This document shows, in pieces, positions 26,037-40,159 of a stretch of 64,000 nt of DNA (its first letter is position 1; each line of letters opens with the position of its first letter). This stretch comes from Felis catus (taxonomy: Eukaryota). Where the stretch lies: assembly GCF_018350175.1 (NCBI RefSeq), contig NC_058368.1, positions 220,164,001 through 220,228,000 of the forward strand, given 5' to 3'. A model generated the notes under the pieces. It saw only the letters and a list, made by a program, of their open reading frames with translations, had not been told where the DNA came from and did no database searches. A program made the position numbers and the translations under genes.

Positions 26037-29000
26037 ATCCAGAAGTTACCTCCATGTGTTAATTATCTGTGTCCAGTTAAGGTTTAAGACACTCAGATGT
26101 TGTAGAAGTTCAATAAGCATTGCCAAATGAGGTGATTTTTCTGAAGATCAGGGTAAAAATACAGAGGATACCAACTTAATGAAACTAGAAAGGCTAGGCC
26201 AAAAGTAATCATTTCAGAAACAGAGAGAAGCCACATCTAGTCATGCACATGAAAGTATCTTTCTGCCCCAGCTTCCGAAATTCTTTCACTATTTTGAAGT
26301 TGGTGTTCTCTCTGATGCACCTGGCATTCTATAGATGTGATTCAGCATTTGGTGACACTTGAGTAATGAAAAGAAAGATAATCAGCAACAAGTGTTGGTA
26401 AGCAACTGCAGATTTGATGTACAAATGGGAAAGATATTCTCATCTTTCTATTTATCATGCTTTTACTTGTACTCAGATTTTTTTCCCTTTTGTAATAACT
26501 TTATGAAACACCTAATTGAGATTTATGACTTTTCTCAGTTGTATTACATTTATTTTTCTTCTGAAGATTTAAACTACTATAATTTTAAACATTAATGCTT
26601 TGTTTTCCAGATGAGGTTACAATTCAGTGAAATTAGATGATTTGCCCAAAGTCATAGAGTTAGTTATGGTAAAGTCTGTATTTAAACAAGATGGGTCTGT
26701 TGGGTGGAGGGGAGATGGCAAATTGTTGCAAGAGCCTTTTGTGCTGAGTTTTCAATAGTTTTATTTTCCGTCCTTGTCCACTTCTCCTTGGAAGCAGAAG
26801 CTGAAGCTAAGATAGTTTATTTGGAGGGGTCATTATGCACTGGCAGGCGAAAAGGAAGGCGGTACAGGAAAGGGAATGCAGACAAGAGGAGTACATTCTG
26901 TAGGCAGTGACATGGAGTAATCCTATTGGATCACTCTGGGAAATGATGCACAATACATGCTTTAGATGTATTGTGGCCAAGAGGAATGAGAATAAGAATA
27001 TTAGTAACCCCATACCTCTCTGGTACTAATGAAGGTCTATTCTCTGCCGTACAATTTTTTTCCAGTCACCTCTGCCCTACTTGTAGATTCACAGTGTGGG
27101 TTTCAGCAAGCCAGGATATCTGTCGTACAATGATGTGGCACTGACTACCGGAAGTATGACCAAAAATCATAAGAAAATTCAAACAGTTATAGATTTAATT
27201 CTGGCAGGTCTGACCCCCCAAACTCATACCTTATATAATACTTGTAAACTCCTGGTGACATTGGTTCCACTATTACTCACACTGCACATGGAAAAATCTA
27301 AAGATCCAGGAATGTTTAATAATTTTCTCAAGGTTACACAATCTAGAAGTGGAGTAGACCCAGGACTCCTGGTAAATATCTGAGTTTCAAATCTATGATG
27401 TAATCACTTTTCAACAATTTTTCAAAGATGCTAATTTGTCACAGTTTTATATTGTTATTTTATTAATATTGAAAGCTAGTCTGTTTATTTTAACAGTAAT
27501 ATAAAGTGAAGAAATGCTGTCTTTTTTTCTAAGATTTTTTTTTTGTCCTACAAGTATGTCTATAAAACTAGAGTCAATCCACTTTGATTTAATTAGCTAA
27601 ACTCACTTGTAAAATCAGATTGCAAAGCAACATTCAGGAATGTCAACACTATGTTGACAGGCTATTCAGATCCCCTCAGAATACTTCATGGAAAATCATC
27701 ACACCCAAACAATATTCTCTGATATTATTTTAGACAGCTTATATACAATGGGTACACAAGATAAGAATAGTGTAAAATGCAAATATAAGAATATATTAGA
27801 ACTTTAATAATTTGAAAGAGGTAGGTAAGTTTAAAGGAAGAAATGGACAAATTCCTAGAAACTCACACTGTCCAAAATTAAACATGAAGAAAAATTTGAA
27901 CAGACCCATAACCAATGAAGAAATTGAATAAGTAATCAAAAATCTCCCTAAAAAACAAGAGGCCTGGGCAAAATGGCTTCCCAGGGGAATTCTACCAGCC
28001 ATTTGAAAAAGAGTTAATACCTACTCTTATCAAAATGTTCCAAAAAATAAAAATAGAAGGGACATTTCCAAATGCATTCTACAAAGTCAGCATTACCTTG
28101 ATTCCAAACCCAGACAAAGACCCCTGTAAAAAGAAGAATTATAGGCCAATATCCCTGATGGGCATGGATGCAAAAATTCTCAACAAGATATTAGCAAACT
28201 GAACTCAACAGTACATTAAAAGAATTATTCATCATAATCAAGTGGGATTTATTCCTGAACTGCAGGGCTCATTCAATATTCACAAATCAATGAATGTGCT
28301 ACACTATATTAATATAAGAAAAGAACTATATGATTCTGCTAATAAATGAAGAAAAAGCATTTGACAAAAGACAGCAGCCATTCTTGATAAAAACCCTCAA
28401 CAAAGTAGAGATGGATGGACCATACCTCAACATCATAAAGGCCATATCTGGAAGACCAACAGCTAATATCATCCTCAATGGGGAACCTAAGAGACTTTCC
28501 CCCTTGGTCAGGGTCAAGACAAAGATGTCCACTCTCACCATTATTATTTAACATAGTGCTGAAAGTCTTAGCCTAAGTAATCAGACAACCAAAATAATAA
28601 AAGGCATCCAAATCAGCAAGGAAGTAGTCAAACTTTCACTATTTGCAGACCACATGATACTCTATGTAGAAACCCCAAAAGGCTCCATTAAAAATTGCTA
28701 GAACTAATACATGAATTCAGCAAAGTACCAGGATATAAAAATCAATGTGCAGAAATCTGTTCCATTTCTATATAGCAATAATGAAGCAGCAGAAGAAGAA
28801 ATCAAGGAATCAATTCCATTTTCAATTTCACCAAAAACACTAAGATACTTAGGAATAAACCTAACTAAAGAGATAAAAGACTTAACTCCAAAAACTATAG
28901 AACACTTATGAAAGAATTTGAAGAAGGCACAAAGAAATGGAAAAGCATTCCAAACTTGCGGATTGGGAGAACAGACATCGTTAAAATGTCTATAGAACCC

Positions 29001-29762
29001 AAAGCAAATTCACATCTAATGCAATCCCTATCAAAAGGCCACCAACATTTTTCACAGAGCTATAATACACAATCCTAATATTTGTATGGAGTCACAAAAG
29101 ACCCAGAAGAGCCAAAGCAATCCTGAAAAAGAAATATAAAACTGTAGGCATCATAATTCTAGATTCCAAGCTATATTCCAAAACTGTAGTTATCAAGACA
29201 GTATGGTACTGGCACAAAAACCGACACATAGATCAATGGAACAGAATAGAAAACCCAGAAATGAACCCATGGCTCTAGGGTCAACCAATCTTCACAAAGC
29301 AGGAAAGAATATACAATGGAAAAAGGACAGTCTCTTCAACAGTTGGTGCTGGGAAAACTGGACAGTGACATGCAGAAGAATGAAACCAGACCAATTTCTT
29401 ACATCATATATGAAAATAAATTCAAAATGAATAAAAGGCCTAAATGTGAGACAGGAAACCATCAAAAACCTGGAGGGGAACACAGGCAGCAACCTCTTTG
29501 ACCTCAGCCATAGCAACTTCTTACTAAAACATAGCCTAAGACAAGGGAAACAAAAGCAAACATGAACTATTGGGACTTCATTAAGATAACAAGCTCCTAC
29601 ACACAGAAAGAAATAATCAACAAAATGAAAAGGCAGCCAGTTTGGGAGAAGATATTTGCAAATGACATATTGGATAAAGGGTTAGTATCCAAAATCTTTA
29701 AAGAATGTATCAAACTCAGCATCCAAACAAACAAGTAACCCGGTTAAGAAATGGGCAGAAGA

Positions 29763-29985
29763 GTGGCACCTGAGTGGCTTAGTCAGTTAAGTGTCTGAAT
29801 TAGGCTCAGCTCATGATCTCATGGTTCAGGTGATCAAGCCTCATGTCAGGTTCTGTGCTGACAGCTCAGAGCCTGGAGTCTGCTTCAGATTCTATGTCTC
29901 CCTGTTTCTCTGTCCCTCCCCTGCTCATGCTTTGTCTCTCTCTGTCTCTAAAAAATAAATAAACGTTAAAAAAATTAAAAAAACA
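29763..29985 (+). mobile_element. Feline Can-SINE inserted in L1 ORF2
   Basis: TSD aagaaatgggcagaaga at 29746-29762 and 29986-30002. Confidence 0.96.
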
Positions 29986-30143
29986 AAGAAATGGGCAGAA
30001 GACATGAATACTTTTCCAAAGAAGATATCCAGATGGTTAACAGAAACATGAAAAGATGCTTAACATCACCCATCATCAGGAAAATACATATCAAAACCAT
30101 GATGAAATACCACCTCACACCTGTCAGAATGGCTAAAATTAAC

Positions 30144-30188
<45 letters not shown>
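30144..30188. repeat. (CA)n microsatellite within L1
   Basis: Direct reading. Confidence 0.95.
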
Positions 30189-30959
30189 CAACAGGTGTTA
30201 GAAAGGATTCAGAGAAGGGGAATCCTCTTGTACTGTTGGTAGGATTGCAAACTGGTGCAGCCTCTGGAGAACAGTATGGAGGTTCCTCAAAAAACTGAAA
30301 TAGAACTACCTTATGATCCAGCAATTACACTATTAGGTATTTACCCAAAGGACACAAAAATACAGATCTGAATGGGTATATGCACCCCAATATTTAAGCA
30401 GCATTATCAACAATATCCAAAGTATGGAGAGAGCCCAAATGTCCATCGACTGATGAATAGATAAAGAAGATGTGGTATCAAAATAAGCCAATCAGAGAAA
30501 TACAAATTCCATATGATTTCACTAATATGTGGAATTTAAGAAACAAAACAGATGAACATATGGGAAAGAGGGAACAAAAGAGAAGAGAGAGAAACAAAGT
30601 ACAAGAGACTCTTAATGATAGAGAACAAATTCTGGGTTGTCAGAGGGAGTATGGGTGGGAGATGGGCTAGATGGGTGATGGGTATTAAGGAGGGCACTTG
30701 TGATGAGCACTGGGTATTGTATGTAAGTGATGAATCACTGATTTCTACTCCTGAAACCAGTATTTTACTGTATGTTAACTAAAATTTAAATTAAAAAATA
30801 AATAACATGTTAAAAAATAAAGGAACAATGTTATATAGGAAACAAAACATCTGTTTTGAAATTAAAAAAAATCTTGATTATAATTTTAGCATGGCAATTG
30901 AAAGCGGTATATTTTTGTGCATTTGTATTCTTTAGGCCTTGTTTTTATTAACTTAGAAA

Positions 30960-31490
30960 AATTAATTCAATAAACATTTATTGGAAACAAACAAGCCAAT
31001 CATTGTGCTTTGTCTTACAAAGGTTAACAAGACAGACAGGATTTCTACCACAAGAAGTGTAAGGAAGACAGGTAATAAGCAAATAAATACATAACAGTTG
31101 ATGATAAGGGCTGTGATGAAAATAAAATTATGTGATATTAGGAAGGGAAAGAAGAACTCCTTGATATTGAGAGTTCAAGGTAAGGATCTCTGAGAAGGTA
31201 AGAATTATGGAGAATTAAAGAATAATTCAGCCATGAGAAGCACACCAAACAGGAAAAATAGTTCCAAGATCCACGGCAGAGGTGAGCTCTGTGTGCATAA
31301 GGTACAAGGAGAGACGAATGTGGTTGAATAATTTTAAACAAAGGGTCAGGGGAAGTAGGTTAAGTTGTAGATAGGGAAGGATCTGATCTGGTATTGTGTA
31401 GAGCTAAGTAATTCATACAAAAAATTTTGATTTCATTCTGAACAAAACAAAAAGCTAATGAGGATTTTGAGAAAGGGTGATACATAATAC
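30960..31490 (-). mobile_element. L2 3' fragment
   Basis: attcaataaacatttattg start; aacaagacagacagg; gtgatgaaaataaa; ctaatgaggattttgagaaagggtgatacataa. Confidence 0.6.
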
Positions 31491-31492
31491 AG

Positions 31493-31532
<40 letters not shown>

Positions 31533-31598
31533 CTCTACCTATCTACCTACCTACCTACCTACCTACCTATCTATCTACCCAGCCACCCACCCACCCCC
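31493..31598. repeat. Compound (TATC)n/(TACC)n/(CACC)n tetranucleotide repeat
   Basis: Direct reading. Confidence 0.93.
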
Positions 31599-34169
31599 CT
31601 TCTAACTTAGGATTCAGCTTTTCCTTGAATAGAAGAAGTGGAGATAACTATAAGTAAGTAAATTTGGAAAATTATTCTAAGTTAAAATGAATAGGGATGA
31701 ATTATATTTTGTTAACATTTTAAGAAAGATAAAAAAAAACATACTAGGAAGAAGGAGAGAGTGAGAGCTGGAGCAGGAACAGGGAGGGAGAGGAAAGGAT
31801 TGAAAGGAAGAGACAGGAGGAAGAAGGAAAGGAAAAGAAGAGAACAAAAAAAGACAGACAACATTTTTAGGTTATTGATGAGATAAGATGTATTGGTGTA
31901 GCTTTTGTTGGTTGTAAGTTACACTTTATTTGAATAAATTTAATTTTTCCTGGACAGTGTACAGAAACAAATTCAGAACTGCAGGAAACACAAGTTTCAG
32001 GGTATTGAATACTGTTTCTCTTGACGGAATTTCTTTAGTGATTTTTTTCTGTTTTCTGGTGAAGCTTTTCAAGAGGACTATTTGGGGTAAAATGCCTGTT
32101 CTGGACTAATGAATCTGTATGTTTGGAAGAAGGGAAGTATAGTTTGATCACTGTGATCATATGTATACTTCTGTGTATAGGTGGAAAATGTTCATATTTA
32201 AAAGGCCACTTCACAGTCAAAAGCCAATTCTTGCTATAGCATGGGGAATAATCAGTTCTGGATGGAAGGCTCGGGGAAGTCTTGCCAAAGGAGTGATATC
32301 GGGGCTGGATTTTGAAGGAGCAAATAACCAGTTCAAGTCAATATGTATTGAAGACTTATTAAATTCACGTTACTCTGTGATGGTGCCGTGAAGCATACAG
32401 AAGTGAATAAAATAGAGTTTTTCCAATACAGGGATTTACAATCTAATGAAGGAGACTAACACATATACATAAGCCGCTGTGGAAGTTCTCTTGACATCAT
32501 TAAACTTAATCCTGGGACATACTGGGATGTCAGGCATTCTTAAAAGGCTTAGTAGCCATTATAACACATTCAGCAATGGCTTGGGACAAGTCAGCTAGAT
32601 AAAAATTAGTCCATTGAGGATGGACTTAGCTTTGATAATGTGTCTATTCAACACAGTTATTGACTATGTATATGGCCAGGAAAAAACAAGGCCCAAAAGA
32701 CAGAGAGATAAAAATTTGGTAGTTTCATCAAGGAACTTAAAACCTGTTAAAGGCTAATTTTAATGCAGTTTAATCCATATTTTGCAAAAGTACTAAACCA
32801 AGACTGCTATAAATCACAGATGGTTTGTAAAAACAACTTTCAGTTGCAGAGTCCTCAGGTTGTTGTCCTATTTTCCTTCCCATAACCCTCTTAAGTAGGT
32901 CCTATAGTGATCACCATTTGCAAATGAGAGAACCCATGTGCAAAGAAGTTAATGAACTTGCTCCATAAGTAGGAAAGGAATATTCAAACTCTTGAGCAGT
33001 GTGGCTCCAGAGTCCATGCTATCAAGAGATAACAGAAAAACACCAATAAACATGGAAAGCATAGAAAAGATCCAGTATGGAATTTTCAGAAAAAAATATT
33101 TAGTAAAACGTTTCAGTTAGAGAAAATATGGTGGAAGTAACTGAGTTAGGAAGTTGGCAAAGGAGGAAATTGAGGTCATATCAAACAATTGCAGATTTTT
33201 GAATTGGGGTATTTTTTAGTGATCAAGTAGTCCAATATCTGGCTCTGAAAGTTGGTTGTTGGAGACACGTTACTATATGAGAATTAGTGTTGTTTTCTTG
33301 TTTTTTTCCTTTTGGTTAGAGTTATCCAGGATGATGTCTCGGTATTTGGGGTGAAAATTTTTGCTTGCTACCATCCAAAAATCACCCTTAAAGTGAATCC
33401 TTCTTTCTAACCCATTGCAGCTAACAGAGCGCATGGAACCTAACTCAGCTGCCATATCTTTGACTCATCCTTCTCATGAACCCTATGCCAAATGTCCATT
33501 GGCTCAACTTCTTAATCTCTTATTCAGTCTATCTCTTTATCTTCATTCCAAGTATCAGTGTGACCATAAACTACTTCAAATCAGTGATACATTTTATCTC
33601 AAAACTGCAAGAATATAAGTGGTCCTGTTGATCCAGAATGGTCCACTTTTAATGATCTCAAAAGACTAACCTAATCTAGTTTCCAAGTAAATCCTCTGCT
33701 AAAAATCTTGTTGATCCCAGCAAATAAAGTCTGATTCCTCATATTGGATGAAATACACATATATGACTGTGCTGCTGACCACCTTTGCTTGCTGGTCCCC
33801 CTCCACTCAACTTAGCTCTTTTGCTCCCTTTAGTTTCTTAAAATTACCTTTATCACTCACTTTCAGGATGTTTCATATGTTTGTCTACTTAAAGTATTTT
33901 CTTTACTACTGGCCATCCTTTAATTTAAGTCTGATCTAACCTATCAACACCTTAGGTAAGCCTCTCCTTCTTCCTCTCAGACTTTAATTCCTCTTAATTT
34001 CTTCCATGACTATTCCTACTCTAGCCCTTTTTTACTTTTTTGATTGTTATTATTATTGCTATTTATTTTTTACACCTACAGAGAAGTTGCTTGCATAGTA
34101 TATCTTTATCCAGGCTTATTTCTTGTTGACATTTTACCCCACTTGTTTTATAATTTTTTCTCTCTCGCA

Positions 34170-34301
34170 ATCTATATATACCCACTATATATAATAGTGT
34201 ATATATCTATAATGGTGTATCTAACAATATATCTATTACATGTAGAATATCTAGATATAAAATAGATATACTCTTATACACATATATACTATTAAATATA
34301 G

Positions 34302-34332
<31 letters not shown>

Positions 34333-34501
34333 TGTACATATACTGTATATAGTAATATATGTATTTTAATGATATATATGCTATTATACATACACTACTA
34401 TATATTATATATATGATTATACATTACGCATAAATATAGCAACACACTGTATACAGAATGTGTATATATATATATATATGGCATATAGCATCAAATATAT
34501 T

Positions 34502-34547
<46 letters not shown>

Positions 34548-34575
34548 TGCATACACACACACACACACATGCACA
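34170..34575. repeat. TA-rich low-complexity tract with (TA)n and (CA)n runs
   Basis: Direct reading. Confidence 0.85.
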
Positions 34576-34742
34576 TAATTGGTCCTTTTTCTCTTGAGAA
34601 TGCTAATATGTTAGAGAATCATCCAAAATACATAGACAAGCATGATGTAATTGTGCTTCCTTATTCATCAATTCCGGTGTTAATTATAATTATCAACTCT
34701 CCTTTCATGCAAAACATGTACATCATTCTTCCAATTTTTTTT

Positions 34743-37700
34743 AGAGTACCGAAAGATATGAATTTATTGCCATTATTATGCTTGTAGAGTTGGAGTTTCT
34801 GGTGGTGCTCTCTGGTTTTCTAATCTTAGTTGCTTTGGTATATATACATATATACTTTTTTTTCATCTTTTCTCCCCTCAGAGAGTCCCCCTTAAAATTT
34901 CTTGCAGGGCTGGTTTAGTGGTCACAAACTCCTTTAATTTTTGTTTGTCTGGGAAACTTTTTATCTCTCCATCTATTTTGAATGACAGCCTTGCTGGATA
35001 AAGAATTCTTGGCTGCATATTTTTCTGATTCAGCACATTGAATATATCCTGCCATTCCTTTCTGTCCTGCCAAGTTTCTGTGGATAGGTCTGCTGCAAAC
35101 CTGATCTGTCTTCCCTTGTAGGTTAGGGACTTTTTTTCCCCTTGCTGCTTTCATGATTCTCTCCTTGCCTGAGTATTTTCTGAATTTGACTAGGATATGC
35201 CTTGTTGATGGTTGGCTTTTGTTGAATTTAATGGGAGTCTTCTGTGATTCCTGGGTTTTGATATCTGTGTCTTTCCCCAGGTTAGGAAAGTTTTCCACTA
35301 TGATTTGCTCACATAACCCTTCTACCCCTTTTTCTCTCTCTTCCTCTTCTGGGACTCCTATGATTCTGATGTTGTTCCTTTTTAATGAGTCACTGATTTC
35401 TCTCATTCTGAAATCGTGCTCTTTTGCCTTAATCTCCCTCTTTTTTTCTGCTTCCTTATTCTAAGTTTGTCTTCTATATCATGGATTCTCTGTTCTGCCT
35501 CATCCATCCTTGCCACCGCTGCATCCATCTGTGATTGCAGCTCAGTTATAGCATTTTTAATTTCATTTTGACTATTTTTTTAACACTTTTATCTCTGCAG
35601 AAAGGAATTCTAATCTATTTTCGACTCCAGCTAGTATTCTTATTATCGTGATTCTAAATTCTGGTTCAGACATCTTGCTTGTATCTGTGTTGGTTAAATC
35701 CCTGGCTGTCGTTTCTTTATGCTCTTTATTTTGGGGTGAATTCCTTCATTTTGTCATTTTGAATGGAGAAAAGGAATTAATGAGGTAGAAAAATTAAAAT
35801 TAAAAAAAATTAAAATTAAAAAATTAAACACACACACACACACACACAAATCTAATAAATGATGCTAGATCCTAGGTGTATTTTGGTCTGGGTGTTGAAA
35901 GTGGTTTGACAGATTAGGGGGGGAAAGGTGGGAGGAAAGGAAATCGTTTGAGAATTTGAAAAAATGAATACACTGAAGTAGACTAAAATGAGAGGATGGG
36001 AGTAAAATAGAATTTGAAAAAATTACACAAAAGTAAAGAATATAGTAGGAAAAAATTAAAGAAAACATTTTTAATAAAAATTAAAAATAAAAATGAATAT
36101 TTTTCTCTTTCTGTATTCAAGAAAAAAAGAAGAAACAAAAAAGAGAAAGAAAAGAAATCATTTGAAAATTTGAAAAAGTGAATACTTTGTAGTAGGCTAA
36201 AATAAAATGATGGAAGTAAAATAGAATTTGAAAAAAATTACATAAAAGAAAAAAATAGTAAAAAAATTAAGGAAAAATATTTTTAATAGAAATTGAAAGT
36301 AAAAATGAAGTTTTTCATTTTCTGCATTCAAGAAAAAGAAAAGAAACAAAAAAGAGAAAAAAGAAAACAAGGAAATCGTTTGAAAATTTGAAAAGGTGAA
36401 TACACTGAAGTAGACTAAAATAGAATGATGGAAGTAAGATAGAATTTGAAAAAAATTTACACAAAAGTAAAAAAAATAGTAAAAAATCAAAGAAAAATAT
36501 TTTTAATAAAAATTGAAAATAAAAAGAATTTTTTCCCTTTCTGTATTCAAGAAAAAATAGTGTAAAAGAGAAAAAAAAAGATGGACCTGCTAACAGATTG
36601 AAATAGGACTGAAATTACTTCATTTTTCCCTAGAAGTCAGACTAATGTAGTGCTCTATAGTCCATAAACTAAGTAGGTGGTGAGACTTGTGTTCTTGAAG
36701 AGTGAGGTTGGCCCAGTTGGGCAGGGCTCAGTGTAATGGCTCCCCTCTCCACCAGATGGCACTGCTAGCCTACTGGGGTGGATCGTTGCAGTGCTTGTAG
36801 GTGCCTATGCGCATGCGCGGGGGCAGTGAACATGGCATCGCCCAGTTACCCAGTCTCTGTAATATGGGAACTCTGTTCTCTCCAATCAGCAATTGCACAC
36901 CCGTCCTCTGTCTTCAGCTTTTGTCCACTCCCTGCTTCTTCACTGTCGGTGACCAAGCCCCAGGCAGCACCTCTGTCCTGAGTCTTATCTCAGATGCGGC
37001 TGTTTTCCCTGGCCCCTTACTTTTGAAGCACTGCGGCTTTGACCTGTTCCGCCCCTCTGCAGGAGGGTCTCACCGAGCAATGGCCAAATTCTGGCTGCAC
37101 CCAGGAACTCCTGCTGGACCCAGCTGCTGCCTGAGCCCCAAGACTGCGGCCAGGTGCCAGCCCGTCCCAGAAAAAGTTTGCAAGATAGTGTAACAGCAGC
37201 TTTTCAGGGATTATGGAAAATTACAACACACATCTGGCACCAGGACCTTGTTCTGGCACCAGGACCTTGTTCCAGCACCAGCGAATGTGGCCGTTTTCGC
37301 CCTTCCCACCAGAGCACCACCAGGTATGGAGCTGCGGAGTTGCAGCCTTTGCGCTCCCCTTGTTTACAGTCTTCATGGAGTTTAAACCCTCTCCTTTCTC
37401 CTTTCTCAGTTTAGTTCCTGCGGCTGTTTCCAGTTTTCCACTTTCTCTCCAGCTGCTTTTGGGGAGGGGTACCTTTCCCACACTCTCCCCCGCCCTAGAC
37501 ACCATCCTCTTTCCACCTGCAAAGGCGGCTCCCTGCCCGCTGCCGGCTTCTCTCTCTCCAAGTTCACCTCTCCATGCCACGTACCTGCTGAATTCTGTGG
37601 GTCAGGTTGTGCAGATTGTTGTGTTAATCCTCCAATCAGTTTTCTAGGCCTGTAGGATGGTTTAGTGTTGGTCTGGCTCCATTTCATGGATGCGAGACAC

Positions 37701-37743
37701 ACAAAAAAACTTCCATGCTGTTCTGCCATCTTGGCTCCTCCCT
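34743..37743 (-). mobile_element. Feline/carnivore L1: complete 5'UTR + disabled ORF1 + about 10 codons of ORF2; 3'-truncated
   Basis: 5' end GGGAGGAGCCAAGATGGC (L1 start, YY1 site) at about 37743-37725; GC-rich 5'UTR; ORF1 from 35757 (MTK*RNSPQNKEHKETTARDLTNTDTSKMSEPEFRITIIRIL) to about 34878, including the ORF-track peptide KRNNIRIIGVPEEEEREKG..ENFPNL; ORF2 start MAINSYLSVL near 34772. Confidence 0.93.
35939..36560. repeat. About 3 copies of a roughly 216-bp A-rich tandem unit inside the L1 5'UTR
   Basis: Unit start gaaatc(g/a)tttga.aatttgaaaa..tgaatac recurs at about 35939, 36154 and 36371; each unit ends tttctg(t/c)attcaagaaaaa. Confidence 0.85.
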
Positions 37744-38266
37744 CATGAATCTCTTTTCATTTTTATTTTTTGTAAAATACTTTCAGAATTGCATCCATCC
37801 ATCCTATGAATCTGATTTGAAACTGTCACTTTTCCATGAATACTTTTTATTTTGTCTCATCAACTACAATTCACACATATTCTGTTAATCTGAAAGTGCA
37901 AAATCATACTTTCTGAAAGCTTTTCAACATACATGTACTTAGAAATAATTTTTTCCTTGCTGTCAAACTCCAGTTAGAAATTTGTACTTTGAAGATCATT
38001 CATACATATCACATATTAGGACATGTGTTATTCTTCTATAATATTTAAAGACATACTGTCCAGAGAATTTTATATTTTTTGAAATCTTGTTGTAAATTAG
38101 ATGAACAAATTTTGTTCTCTCCACCTAATATTTTCCAGTCAAAACTTCTCTTTGAAGGTAAAGGCAAATAACAATTTTTTATGTTTGTTTTAATTTTGGC
38201 TATCACATTTGCTTACTTTATTTCCCTCAACATGAATTCCTTAAGTTAGCATAGGTAGCTCACTTT

Positions 38267-38479
38267 TTAAATTAATTAGTTAATTTACTTATTTTGAGAG
38301 ACAGAAAAAGAGAGCAGGGGAGGGGCAGAAAGAGAGAAAGAAGAGGGAGAGAATTCGAAGCAGGCTCCGCATTGTCAGTATAGAGCCTGATGTGGGACTT
38401 GAACTCATGAACCATGGGATCATGCCTGAGCCCAAATCAAGAGTCAGATGCTTAACCGACTGAGCCACCCAGGTGACCA
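38267..38479 (-). mobile_element. Can-SINE
   Basis: TSD gtagctcacttt at 38255-38266 and 38480-38491. Confidence 0.95.
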
Positions 38480-40159
38480 GTAGCTCACTTTCATAAACAC
38501 AAAGGCATACTTGTAACCTGGGAAGACTGGAGAACATGACATTTAATTTGGGTGTCTCAACCTGCTTTGGAGCGGGAAATGTGTACTAGAAGTATATGAA
38601 AGTACTGGTAGTCATGAAAGGTTATGTTCTAGACACCTTACTTAATCTTTTATTCAGTGGACAATTTAAATCTATACTCTAGGCTAATTCTATTGCACTG
38701 ACAGACATACACTATGCTTTTGTGCATCTTAACGTCTATATAAAGACTAATTGTGCAGTTATTGCGAAGAAGAGTCTTATAAGTAGGATAATGAGCCTAG
38801 AGCTAAGTTGTGAAGTAGGAGTAAAAATTTGATTCACAGAACATGGGTCAGGGGAGGTCGTTGAAGGTGAAAGGAAAAGGTTGTTTTCATTCAAATATAC
38901 GAAAGTAAGGGAGCAAGCTATTCATGTAGAACAGCACATTAAGCCTTATTATCCCCCATAAAGTTGACCTTGCACTTTTCAAACCATTTTAAGTCTACTA
39001 TTCAAAGAAGGGTTGATTTTTGTATTTGTATGTAACTTACTTCATTATGCCTGACGGTGGACAATTTTTACCTCTTGTTTCTTTGCATTTGTGATCTTTA
39101 CCTTTGTAGAAAGTTCCTCCTACCACATCCTTGGAAAAGGAAAGAAGTGCAATACCTTAAAAGAAAGATGCTCTTTCTGTTGTGTGCTTTTGCACCGCAT
39201 GCTTCTGAAAGAGATAAAAGGATACAAGATACCTAGTGAATTTATAATTTTCTTTCTCTAGTAATTGCCTTCTCTATGCTTCATCCAGCACAGTGTTCTC
39301 CTTGTACTGTAGTCTCCTATGGTTTTTGTTTCCAGTAGATATTTTATGCAATAATCCACCCCAGAAGGACCCAGCTACTTCTTTCCCACAAACATTGACA
39401 ACCATTGCTCCATACTTGCTAATTTTAACTCTTTGTTGTTTTGTGCTTTTCAAAACCCCGTCTCCAATAGTCGTGATTTATATTGAAAAGGGGCATTTGG
39501 AAGTCCTCACCAACATAGCAAAGTGGTCTCTAACATTTTTTGCCATTCCCGAAAATAATTGATTGCATGGGTGATGCTTCAGCAGTGTAAATAACTGTCC
39601 GAATGTAACTCAGATATATGCCCCGAAGTTCCACAGCATATTTTTATCATGAGTCAAAAAATTATCACATTTACTAGGAAGGAATTAATATGCTTTTAAA
39701 AGTATCCTCATATTCACTTGAGGAAAAGTGTCAAAGGACACTGAGCTATTATATTGAGCTTGAATCAACCTAATTCTTTCCAGTTCCACTGTGGTTTCCT
39801 TCATTTCCCCTTGCACATTTATAAAATCTTAGATTATATTTTTCACTTGTGTGAAGTATTTTTATAAGGATAGCACAACTTTCCCTACCTCCACCTCTAG
39901 AGAGGGAGTTAGGGTTAACAGATTAAATTCTGAAAAGGCTATGTTGGATCAAAATAAGAATAGGTTTTATAATTGAATATTTGAATAACTACAGTAACAA
40001 GTTATTGAACAAAGATGAAGGATTTTTGTCCCTAGACAGACAGGCAATTGAAAAAAAAATTTTAACATATTCATTTTTGAAAAGAAATAATCTATTGCTT
40101 TCCCTTAAGATTTTGGATTCTTCAGCTATGTAAATCTATTTATACTAATCCATGAGAGA

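Larger units (their letters stand above)
27840..30817 (+). mobile_element. Older carnivore L1, 5'-truncated: degraded ORF2 (RT domain to C-terminus) + 3'UTR
   Basis: ORF2 motifs in broken frames ([23 protein letters not shown]); RT catalytic FADD reads FADH at 28642-28653; probable TSD taaaggaa at 27832-27839 and 30818-30825; contains a SINE and a (CA)n. Confidence 0.95.

Noticed and set aside
35939..36560. Regularly spaced repeats, CRISPR-like at a glance
   Set aside because: Head-to-tail units without unique spacers, inside a mammalian L1 5'UTR; no cas genes.
36778..37729. GC/CpG-rich island with several 100-144-aa ORFs
   Set aside because: This is the L1 5'UTR, not a host promoter or gene; there is no evidence the antisense ORFs are translated.
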